Shown here in pieces: positions 13,381 through 24,549 of a stretch of DNA of 64,000 nt. Within the stretch, counting starts at the first letter, position 1; each line of letters opens with the position of its first letter. Origin of the DNA: Octopus sinensis (Eukaryota); the NCBI RefSeq assembly GCF_006345805.1, contig NC_043020.1, positions 17,980,001 through 18,044,000 on the forward strand, in the 5' to 3' direction. Under the pieces are notes generated by a model, which was given only the letters and a program-made list of their open reading frames with translations, was not told where the DNA came from and did not search any database. A program made the translations under genes and the position numbers.

Positions 13381-13456
13381 GCGGCTGAAGAAGCCCAGAC
13401 ATACATTATGCATTGTTATAAATCTGTCTAATAAAGGCCCGAAACATATGTACTGC
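13381..13456 (+). ncRNA. hammerhead ribozyme motif at the 3' end of PLE1
   Basis: GCGG-CTGAAGA-[48-nt stem II region]-GAAA-CATATG-TA-CTGC. Confidence 0.6.
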
Positions 13457-13709
13457 TGAATCCTTGGCATCATGTTTTTATTTTGATCAATTTACTCCAC
13501 CACCTACACCACCTAACGGTATACACAGGTGCTTATAATTATCAAGTACTCACCCCGAATTTCTGTACTCAACTATATATATATATATATATGTGTGTAT
13601 ATGCCTGTATACCTCTGTGTGGATGTATGTATGTATATGGGTGTGCGTACGGATGTATATGTATGTAGATGTGTGTGTATGTATATGTATGTGTGTATAT
13701 ATATATATA

Positions 13710-16701
13710 GAACTTCTGAAATTGAGGGCCCAAACGAATGAGGACAAAATAAAATCCACCGATGAAGATATCAACGAAGAAATTCGCAAAATGACCCAAG
13801 GCCCAGATCAAGAGAAGTTCTCCAAACTATGGAAAGAGGACTGTGAAAAAGAAGAACTAAAATCTCTCCAACGCTGGGAGAAAAGCGCCATTTGGTTCTC
13901 AGACTATGAAGCCGTCTTTCAAACAGAGCACGCCTCCAACAACCCTTTCCAGAAAATAAGAAAACCAAAACAACACCCAAACACCGATACACACCTGTCT
14001 AAAAATCGGAACCTTCACTACTTCAAAAAAGAATACAGGACCTAACCCTAACTCTGTAAGCAGCCAGCGTTACAATATCAGGAATACCCCCACTTCAAGC
14101 AGAGAAAGGATAAATCAACACCCACAGCATAGATACTGCAACCTTATCCCCACCCAAAAGAGTTACCAACGAAATCTCCGTCCCATCAACCAGTTAAACA
14201 ACCATGCACAACAAACCCACACCACTTACAATGATTACCAACGAAGGCCTCCTAGAACACCACACCCGAATATGGGATATCGGGATGCTCTCCTCAATAC
14301 TGCTCCAAGAACACACACCATAAATCACAACAGGAGACCCCACATCAACAAAGAACAACTATATAATAGCTACCGTCCCAACCACCGCATTCATTTTTTA
14401 GACCCAATACGCAAGATAGACACAAGATAGCACCAAACAAGCAGGAGGAACCAAAAGTAATAAAAATTATCAATCTAACTCACAAGGAATTAACAGCAAA
14501 CCAAATAAACATACTTTCCAAAGGACTCAAGTTTACACCCACCCCACAACACCCCAATTACAACGAAATGAAAGAAGACATCGCAGAATTCTGCAGAAAA
14601 TTAAGACTTACTTAGGAGCTATACGATAAATACAACGAGGACGAATCGTTAGCCAGAAATAGGAGTAATTACACCCCCTCGAAAGGTAAGAACAAAACAC
14701 TTGATGATTTCTGTGACCACATATCTAATTACCCATATCAACATATGCACAAACAAAAACACAAACCAAACTTCAGCAAAAAAGAATGGGCTGAGTTGAA
14801 CAAATTAAAACAAGATAAAACAATAACAATCAAAGAGGCCGATAAAGGGAGTGCTGTTGTCTTAATGGATACGACATTTTACATAACTTTGGTACTTTCT
14901 ATGCTGGAAGACACAAAACTACAATCAACAAAAAATAATGAGGGAACTAAAATCCATATTAAACCCATACAAAGCAGGGCTCACCGACGAAGAATATGAT
15001 TATATGACCAATTTCACAAGTAAAACTAGCCAATTCTACGGTATACCTAAGATCCACAAAAGTGAAAAAATAAGCAACGCATGCAAGATAGCTACAGACA
15101 AAATAATTAAAGTCCCTAATCCTAATGACCTCAAATTGAGACCCATAATAGCAGGTCCCGCATGCAAAACCCACCGCCTCAGTAACTTTTTAGACACCCT
15201 CTTAAAACCACTCCTCAAACATGTCAAAAGCTATATAAGGGACGACTTAGATATGCTCAATCACCTACCGAATACTATAAACAAAAACACCATACTGGTA
15301 TCCTTCGATATAGTCAACCTCTACTCCAATATCCCCCACAACCTAGGACTAGAGGCAATCCAATTCTGGCTAGAGAATCACGCCAACGAACTACCACACC
15401 GCATCAAAAAAGAATTCGTGATAGAAGGGGTTAAATTCATCCTGGAAAATAACTTCTTCGCCTTCAATGACAACTTCTACCGACAAAAATCGGGGACTGC
15501 GATGGGTACACGAATGGCCCCCTCCTTTGCCAATCTAGTCATAGGATACCTAGAGATCAGTCTATATCGTAAGGTTCTAGAAAGATATGGCAGCCCTTTC
15601 TCCATCTACATAGAAAACAACTGGAAGAGATATCTAGATGACTGTTTCATTCTTTGGCATAAAAATATAGAAAAACTCATAGAATTCCAGAAATTTTAAA
15701 CGGACTGGATGTAAACATCCAATTCACGATGGAATATAGCCAGCAACAACTCCCCTTCCTCGATATCCTCATTAAGAAAGCTAATAATATAATAGAAACA
15801 GACATATACTATAAGCCTACAGACTCTAAGCAATATCTTCCATTCAATTCATGCCACCCCAGACACACCAGGATGAATATCCCCTTCAATCTAGCAAAAA
15901 GGATATGCACTATAGTCTCTAACGCAAACACCAGAGACACACGACTACAAGAACTAAAAGATACCCTTATCACCAGGAACTATCCACCTTCACTTATTGA
16001 CAAGTGCATTCAACGTGCCCTTCAACTTAACATTCAAGGAACTGAGACATCCCAAATCAAAGAAAAACTTACAACCAAAAGCCTTACCATACATCTCCAC
16101 ACACAACCCTCTCAATAACGAAGCCTTCGGCACCATCCTCCACAACATACCCCTCCTAAAAAAAGACCACAGAATGAACACAATCCTCCAAACACACATG
16201 ATCATAAAAAGCAAAAGACAGCCTAGATCCATGAAAAGTCTCCTAACACAAGCCCGAATTCACTCTTTAACACACAAGCCGACAGTAAAAAAATGTGGAA
16301 GACCCAATTGCGGGATATGCGACTATCTAATTGAGGGATCAGAGTTCTCCTTCAAACAGGGACAACGGTTTACAGTGAAAAGCAACTTCACATGTGCTTC
16401 GGAAAACCTAACATACTCACTAACCTGCTCCGGGTGTCAAGAGCAGTACATAGGCCTAACAAAAAATGGTTTGCGTAAACGAATGGCCCTGCACAGATCC
16501 CAGATAAAAATTCCCCAAAACAGAAAAATAGCTTTTAGCCAACACATAGATACTTGCGCCAACAAAAAAACACCAAACTTCAGGATTTTCCCCCTCTACC
16601 AATTTAGGGACGATACAACCTCGAGACAACGAATAAGTAAAGAAAATCTCTTTATTGCAAAATACAGGCCACTTCTTAACGGGTCTGCGACAAACAATTA
16701 A
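13710..16701 (+). mobile_element. Penelope-like element 2, RT plus GIY-YIG ORF (degenerate; Neptune-like)
   Basis: Motifs LSKGLKFTPTP, IKEADKGSAVV, LRPII, SFDIVNLYSNIP, QKSGTAMG, RYLDD, PFLD, SCHP, CGRPNCGIC, NLTYSLTC..QYIGLT; several frameshifts. Confidence 0.93.
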
Positions 16702-17202
16702 TATACCTCAACTTTAGAATAAAAGAAATATATACACACACAAATATTGCATTCCATAGAATCCATTACTAATCAGCCCCATCACAGCTATACTTTCACC
16801 CATTCATATTCTCCCTTCTCTGTTTTTTTCTTCTTCTTCACCATCATCGTCGTCGTCATCTTCTTCTACTTCTCCACCCTCTACCCCTTAACCTTGTCAC
16901 TGATGTCTAAGTATAACGCCTACGCAAATTCCATAAACAATTCCTGAATTGAACTGCGACTACTGGTCGCCACTGACCATGCAAAATACGACCAACAGGG
17001 CTCCCCCAGATTTTCCCACTCCTACCCCCTCTCCACATCAGCCTCCTTCTCCTACCCTACCAAGAACTCACAACGACCCCGAACACACAAGTGCAAACAA
17101 GGGAGTCAGAGAAAGGCAGAATGCCACTCATATCTGAACACTACTATAGAAATATTCCTTTAAAAAAACTTTTCTTCTAATTTTTCTAAATTTAATTATT
17201 TA

Positions 17203-17253
17203 ATCGTTACAGTTGAAAAGGTCTCAAAATGACCGAAACCGGTACTGAAAGAT
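17203..17253 (+). ncRNA. degenerate minimal hammerhead at the 3' end of PLE2
   Basis: CAG-TTGAAAA-GGTC-TCAAAAT-GACC-GAAA-CCGG-TA-CTG; the core differs from CTGANGA at two positions. Confidence 0.55.
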
Positions 17254-17289
17254 TCACTATAAAATTATCTTAGCATTTTCTATTTTTGA

Positions 17290-18060
17290 CTTGTTTTTTC
17301 ATATATATATATACATGTGTGTATATATGTGTATGTGTATATATATGTATATATGTATGGGTATATATGTGTATATGTATGTGTGTATATGTATGGACTT
17401 GTTGGATTTCTTTTTTTATATATGTAGATAGATGTGTGTGCGTAGATATGCGTATGTGTATTAGTATGTGCATGTGTATGTATATGTATAGATATATGGA
17501 TGTATGTGTATGTAGGTATGTATATGACTGGTGTAAGTATATATGTGTATGTATATGTAGGTATATGCGTACGTGTATATATATATGTATATGTATATGT
17601 ATATATATATGTGTGTATATATATATATTTGTGTATATATATGGACTAGTCTTCTGTGTGTGTGTGTAGATGTATGTATGTGTATGCGTGTAGATATGAA
17701 TTTGTAGGTACGTGTACGTATGTGTATATACGTGCATGTATGTATATGTATGTGTGTAGGTAGATATATGTAGGTATGCTTTTATGTACACGTGTATGCG
17801 TGCATGTGTGCTAATATGTACTTAAAGGCGTATGGATGCGTATGTATGTTTATATGCACAAATGTCTGTATATAGGCATATGCGTCTATATATGCGGGCA
17901 GATGTTCATGTGTGTTTATGTGTACTGAAGTACATTTATATATGTGGTTTTGTGTGTACATAGTTATGTGTACGTTTATGTGAAAGTCGGTACACTTATG
18001 TATGTATGAATATAACACGTGCGTCTGTGTATGAGTGTGAGTGTTTGTGTTCGTATCAGT
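17290..18060. repeat. complex (TA/TG/CA)n microsatellite tract, representative of many in PLE UTRs and SINEs
   Basis: Alternating purine-pyrimidine low complexity; source of the YI/HT/CV-repeat ORFs in the track. Confidence 0.95.
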
Positions 18061-18104
18061 GGGAAGAAAGATAGAAAGGAAGGGAGAGGGGCAATAAATG
18101 GTTT

Positions 18105-18251
18105 CTTTAGGCCAGCTAGGCTAGATCCTTTGGGAGGACCCTACTTCAGTGCCAGCCTGGTTGGTGGAGGTCAAAATAAAAATAAAATTAAAATAAGGGA
18201 AGAAATGTGTGTGCATGTATATGCATATGTATGTGTATGTATATATGTATG

Positions 18252-18286
<35 letters not shown>

Positions 18287-18816
18287 ATATATATATATAT
18301 ATGTGTGTGTGTATATATATATATGTGTGTGTAGATATATGGGGGTGTATATCCTCTTTTATATTTGTTTTTATATTTATTTATTTTTATATATATGTGT
18401 GTAGATATATGTGTGTATGTATGAGTATGGGTGTGTACGTAGATGTATGTAAATGGGTGCATATGTACATGTGTATATGGATGTATGTGTGTATGTATAT
18501 ATATATATATGTATGTATATATATATATGTGTGTGTGTGTGTTATGTATGTATATATATATATGTATAAGTGAGAGTCTCCTTATTTACCTAAACTCTAT
18601 TATTCTATTCTTTTATCTACTTTATCACTGATTCCTTTGACCACTCCCCTAAGAATGATAGTTTGCGCCATGCCTACCCCAAAAAGTCCCCCACCACCAC
18701 CCCTTTAAACCTGCCTAAATGTATAAATGCCAAAACTATTCTTGTCACCTAGCTTCCTGATGATTTCTTTTGAATGAAACAGTTCTAGTCCTGTAGAAGC
18801 TCCTTCTATAAAATAA
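18105..18816 (+). mobile_element. Penelope pLTR-like repeat (right arm)
   Basis: Inverted partner of 6940-7690; ends in (TA)n. Confidence 0.85.
18751..18801 (+). ncRNA. type I hammerhead ribozyme motif
   Basis: Identical to the 6955-7005 motif, opposite strand. Confidence 0.75.
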
Positions 18817-19050
18817 TATATATATATATATATATGTTTGTGTGTCTGTGTTTGTCTCCCTCCCACCATTGCTTGACAACCGATGCTGGTGTGTTTACGT
18901 CCCCCGTAACTTAGCGGTTTGGCAAAAGAGACTGATAGAATTAGTAATAGGCTTACAAAGAATAAGTCCTGGGGTCGATTTTCTCGAATAAAGGCGGTGC
19001 TCCAGCATGGCTGCAGTCAAACGACTGAAACAACTAAAAGAGTAAACCCT
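18817..19050 (+). mobile_element. 3' half of the interrupted SINE
   Basis: (TA)n-tttgtgtgtctgtgtttgtc...gaaacaactaaaagag continues the 6678-6870 copy. Confidence 0.85.
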
Positions 19051-19255
19051 TCAAGGTGGTGCCCCAGCATGGCTGTAGTGTAATGACTGAAACAAGTAAA
19101 AAGTAATTAAAATAAGCAAGACTTGATTTGTTGCTAAACCATTTAATAATTACCTGATTAACAATCACAATGCCACCTAAGGTAAAAGTTACCAAAAAAA
19201 AAAAATATTTGCTGTGCTTTTTTTTTTTTTACCTTCCTTCTATATTCAAATCCAT

Positions 19256-19261
19256 TTTATT
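19256..19261 (-). promoter_or_regulatory. candidate polyadenylation signal of REV3L
   Basis: AATAAA on the minus strand about 690 nt after the stop codon; not confirmed without transcript data. Confidence 0.35.
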
Positions 19262-19380
19262 CAAAATTTAATTAATAACAAAGCAAATGTTTAAAGCAAG
19301 TCTGATGACTTTTATATTACAAATGTATACATTAACATTAGTTTCAGAAAGCACATGAACATTGTAAGGGTTTTAATATA

Positions 19381-19440
<60 letters not shown>

Positions 19441-19945
19441 CACACACATACATACATAGATATATATATATATATATACACACACACATACATAGATACA
19501 TATATATATAGATATACACACATAGATACATAGATACATATATATATATAGATATACACACATAGATACATACTATCTGAAAGAGATATTTGAACATATA
19601 GACTGTTGACTGAAGTAAATTTTAAAAAGTGTATAAACATTTATTGGAAGATTTAAGATTGCGAATTGCTTCAACAGCTATAGAAAACATATTAAAAATA
19701 TTCTATTATATATATTTATATATATATATATATATCGAATGGCTGATGATGATAAACAAAAAGATATGTTGTAAACACATAAATGGTGTAGTTTATAATA
19801 AAGTTATGAACAGGGAACAAGCAAAAGCTAAATAACAAGAATTCACTGAAATGAGTTAATGTTTTGTTCAGTTTGTTGTGGATCTGATGTGGTTATTAGA
19901 TGGACATTGCAATGTAAAATAAAACTAGCAGTGAAATAGAATGTG

Positions 19946-20086
19946 CTATAGGTTGTTCAATATTTCTTGAATGTTGTCGAGTTTGTGGAGGTTGTTTTGG
20001 GCAGAGTGGACTCGATACATGATGGGACAATCGAGGGAGATGCAGGAGAATGTAGAATCTGAGAGTCCTTGACAAGACTGGCATAT
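19946..20086 (-). CDS. REV3L: REV3L terminal exon (CysB Fe-S motif)
   Basis: ttccag|ICQSCQGLSDSTFSCISLDCPIMYRV...NNL*. Confidence 0.95.
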   Translation of the reverse strand: MCQSCQGLSDSTFSCISLDCPIMYRVHSAQNNLHKLDNIQEILNNL

Positions 20087-21397
20087 CTGGAAATAAAAGA
20101 AAATAAAAAAAATCTCTTTTAGTATTCTTAGATACATGTACTCAGATAATGATAAATAAATGATATTGTTAGCAGTGCAAGTGTAGCTGTGTGGTTTCAA
20201 GGTTCAATCCCACTGCTTGGTACCTTGGGTGAGTGTTTTCGACTTACCATAAGCCTTGGGCTCACTCAAAGCCTTGTAAGTAGATTTCCAGTACATGGAA
20301 ACTGAAAAGAAGCCCATCATGTGTGTATATTATTGCATCCTTGCCTTGACATCACGTAATAGTTGTAAGCAAGTGTCACCGTCCTTCATTTCCAATCTTC
20401 CATGAAAATATGTCTGGTCATTGGTCATAGGGGAAATAATATCTTGCTTGGAAACAAGTTGTCTTGAGTTCTGTGCCACTACATAGCACTGGTGAGTGTA
20501 TTTGGTAGACAAACTGAAAGGAGTCATTGTGTATGTGTGTGTATCTTTGTCTAGGGGTCACGTAATAGTTATAAGTAAGCATCATCACCATACAAGCAAG
20601 GTTGATTGTTTTCAGTCTTCTGTGAAAAACGTTTGGCTATGGGGGAAATATGATCTTGCAAGGGAAACAAAGAGAAGGTTGGTAACAGGAAGGGCGTCCA
20701 ACCATAGAAAATTTGCCTCAAAAAGTTTTGCCTGATCTACACAAGCTTAGAGAGTGGATGTTAATTGGTGATGACGATAACTGCCTTGTTTTAATATATT
20801 CTATTATATAATCAAGTCAATAGAGTTTATTAATAAATCAACCTTTTGAACTGATGGACTATTCATTTAAATATAAGGGTAGTGAAAAGTTTAGGACTAA
20901 CCTATTGTAATACACCTCCCTTAAATAAATTTTGCTTAAATCTTTATGCAGGCACAGGTGTGGCTGTGTGGTAAGATGCTTGCTTTCTAACCACATGGTT
21001 CAAGGTTCAATCCCTGGTAAGAAGCTTGCATCCCTAAAACATGGTTCAGGGTCCAGTCCCACTGTGTGGCTCCTTGGGAAAGTGTCTTTGGGCTGACCAA
21101 AGCCTTGTGAGTGGATTTCGTAGATGGAAACTGAAAGAAGCCTGTGATATGTGTGTGTGTGTCTGTATTTGTCCCTCCACCACCACCTGACAACTGGTGT
21201 TGGTGTGTTTACATCCCTGTAACTTAGTGGTTTGGCAAAAGAGACCAACAGAATAAATACAAGGCTTTAAAAAAAGATAAGTACTGGCGTTGATACATTC
21301 GACTAGAAATTCAAGGGGGTGCCCCAGCATGGCCACAGTCTAAGGACTGAAACAAGGAAGAAAGAAAGGAGACAGGTAATTAAACCATGCGACTTAC

Positions 21398-21559
21398 TTG
21401 AGAGAGACGGTGATGTGTCTGCTGTAATTTGTGAAGTTGAGAGTTCAGGGAGACAGCAACTAATTGTGGGTCGGCGGCACACTGAGGACATAAGTTCTGT
21501 TTGGTTTGACTGTGGCAGACAGGACAATTGCTTGAATTGAAATACTGAGAGATGGTTCC
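21398..21559 (-). CDS. REV3L: REV3L exon (CysA metal-binding motif)
   Basis: GTISQYFNSSNCPVC...LCPQCAADPQ. Confidence 0.95.
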
Positions 21560-21594
21560 CTGGTACAAGAAAAAAACGAACATACATGTAAGTT

Positions 21595-21945
21595 AAGTTA
21601 ATTTTTTGGCTCAAAAAGCAAAAAGCAAGGCCATGTAGGGGGACATAGAGTTATGTACAGGGAGGGTGTTCATACAAAGAGTTCAGGCCATTTCTGGTCA
21701 AGAGAGACTTTGAACCGAGCGGTCATCAGCATCTTCACTATCGCGTCTGGCAGCTTATTCCACGGATCTGCAACCCGGACAGAGAAAGCCCCTCTCCTTC
21801 GATTGAGATGAAATCATCACAGATAGAGCTTTTCGGAGTGACCCCGCAGCCGACGCTCTGAAGCAGGAGTGAAGAACAGCTCTTTCGAGAAGTTACACTT
21901 TCCGCTTATGATATTGTGAGCAAGAATGAGATCACCATGTACGTA
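21595..21945 (-). mobile_element. CR1-like LINE 3' end
   Basis: GDLILAHNIISGK...FFTP..RRLRGHSEKL..RRGAFSVRVADPWNKLP..FKVSLD, followed by a 3' UTR and short-repeat tail. Confidence 0.8.
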
Positions 21946-23430
21946 TGAATGATAAAATTTTTAGGCTCACTCAAATCAATGTATTTTAATAATAGAGGCA
22001 ACAAGATAGAGTCGGGGATAGTATGCCTGTGCACTAACAGGGTGTATGGACACTCGTGTACTTACTAAAGAAAATAGGAATTTACCATTCTTGTTCTGTA
22101 TACATGTGCTTTCCAACTACATGGTTCTGGGTTCAGTCTCACTGTGTGGCATTTTAGGCAAGTGTCCCAAGCTGACCAAAGCCTAGTGAGTAGATTTGGT
22201 AGATGGAAACTAAAAGAAACCTATCGTGTGTGTGTGTGTGTAGTAAACCCCCCCCCCCAAAAAAAAAACGAAGAACAAGCACAAAAAAACAACTAGTTTT
22301 AGTGTATTTATGTCCCTGTAACTTAGTAGTTCGGCAAAAGAGACTGATAGAATAAGTGCCAAGGTTGATTTCTTCAACTAAAAACCCTTTAAGGCAGTAC
22401 TCCAGCATGGCTGTAGTCAAATATATATATATATATTTAGGTTAGTTAAAATTCTGAAGGCAAATTCACTGCAGTTACTTTGGAGAAAGGAGAAATTATG
22501 ATAAGCACAATTTTATATCATTTGTTTCAACATAATGTCACCATTGTGATCGTTTGGAAGTTTGCATTGGATGCCTAACCCCATAATGCATCATCAGGGA
22601 ACCAGTTCTCTGTTACATAATGCAATAAAGTGTTCCTTGATGATCTATCATGGTCAAGTGTCAAGTTGCACTGTGGACATCCAAATGCAGAGATTCAAAC
22701 AATTACATGGGTGGAAATTAAGTAGGAACAAATGATATAAACTTGTGTTGATTGTAATTTTCCCAACATTTGTCCTGTATATCATAACTAGTGATAATAC
22801 TACTAAATACAGTAGTAGTAGTTAAGCCTCTATACCGAAAGTGAACTGGATTATGATAATCTACGTGGAGCTCTAAACTCAACAGTAGCACATCTAAATG
22901 TACACACAAGATATATATATACATATATACACACACGTGTGTGTATGCTTTAATCTTCCTCTTTGACTCTAATTTTGTGATTCTAAGAAGCATGTATCTA
23001 CCCACCATTCTGTCAAACTTTTTGATGCTTTATCATTCATCCACTTCCACATCTTTGGCTTCTCGCCCTCTCACATCACTTCTTGTTTGTTGATCCAACA
23101 AATCTATCCCCCAACTTTAGTTTTCTCATGCTTAGATGACAGGCAGTGGGTTGGCTGACTTGCTAATGCATCAGATGAGATGCCCTGCAGTATTTGATGC
23201 ATTCTGGTGGCAGGCTTGATCCCTCACATAGTTTAAAAACACTACCTAACAATTGGCTACATTTAGTGTTCTTTAATGTCCTGAGTAGGACTTTAAACCA
23301 CATCCAGTCATGGGGCTCTGGTTTGAATTTTCCAGGGTTTTAAAGAGTGTTGAACTACCTCTTTAGCAACTATTGTTCTCAGGTCTATTCTGATCCAGAG
23401 TAGTAGCACCTGTCAGGGTCACAACAATGA

Positions 23431-23663
23431 GTTAACCCTTTAGCATTTAAACCGGCCATATCCAGCCAAAATATTCTCCCCTGTTTTATGTTCAAATTGG
23501 CCAAATCTCGCCTCTCACACCAGCCCTACTATATAATTCTAAAAACGAATAGTTACCTCATCCAAATCTCAAAGCTAAAAGATAAATGCTGGATTAATTT
23601 AAAACAATGTGAATAAATAAGCATTACTTTTGATAGAATAATGCAAATACTAAAGGGTTAAAA
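23431..23663. mobile_element. TTAA-flanked MITE (piggyBac-like ends), representative of at least 10 copies or fragments in the window
   Basis: TTAACCCTTTAGCATT...AATACTAAAGGGTTAA; related copies near 5400, 28920, 31000, 32570-33080 (tandem pair), 36470, 56800, 57600 and 57940. Confidence 0.75.
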
Positions 23664-24257
23664 TAACATGTAACCCCCTGAGCCAGGACACATTAAAATT
23701 GTGGGATGCAACATGTGGGACGAACTGTTTCAGCAGATGAACTTATTGAGTCAATGGCAGATATCACATCGATGCTGCGCAGGTGAACAGATAACAAACT
23801 GTCAGTGGCCAGGATCAACCAGTCCAGTTAGCAAGCAATTGTTACCATCTTTAATCATGGTGTGGGCAGACGAGATATTTCAGTTAGTGAAAGACCAATG
23901 TGACTAAAACCTAAACCAGACATTCATGCCACATTATTCAATAAGAATATCTGGCGTGGAAGAGTTGAATTGATTCAGGTAAGTTACCAGACCAGATGGT
24001 GGTGATGATGATCGTTAGTGGAATCTACCTATTGCAAGCATTTGGACTAGTTCTCTGGATTGGGGATACCCCCTGTTCTTTCTCCCACTTTCCCACCAGT
24101 CTCAGAAGCCCTAGAAAGGGTCATGGATATTGCTGTTTCTCCCCCTAGCTAAACAATAAAACATATAAAAGGTAAAAAATGAATGAGAATTATTAACATT
24201 TTTCTTATGAATGTGTGAGGATTTTTAAAAATCAAAGACCGTATATAAGAACAATAC

Positions 24258-24549
24258 CTTTTTCTTTTCTTCAGGTACAGAATGGTGGGTATATCTGACT
24301 ACTCTGGGTAAATCGGAATACCAGTTAAAAACATTGATTCCAAGCAGAGAGAAGATTCGTTGCAAAGGTGGTAAAATTGCCTTAGTGATGTAGTAGTTGG
24401 TATTTAAACGTAAGCTGGAATCACCAAGTACTTCCAATGGTTGACGAACAAGTTGAATCAAGGGTAAGCCGGGTTCTCCACACACAATTATATAGGGAAC
24501 TCGTTCTCCAGATTGGGGTTCTGCTCGACGATCATGTTGGATCAGTTTC
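24258..24549 (-). CDS. REV3L: REV3L exon
   Basis: KLIQHDRRAEPQSGERVPYIIVCGEPGLPLIQLVRQP...YYITKAILPPLQRIFSLLGINVFNWYSDLPR; atypical A-rich acceptor (see findings). Confidence 0.95.

Noticed and set aside
7048-19640. Dozens of ORFs rich in YI/HT/CV repeats
   Set aside because: Translations of (TA/TG/CA)n microsatellites with no coding signal.
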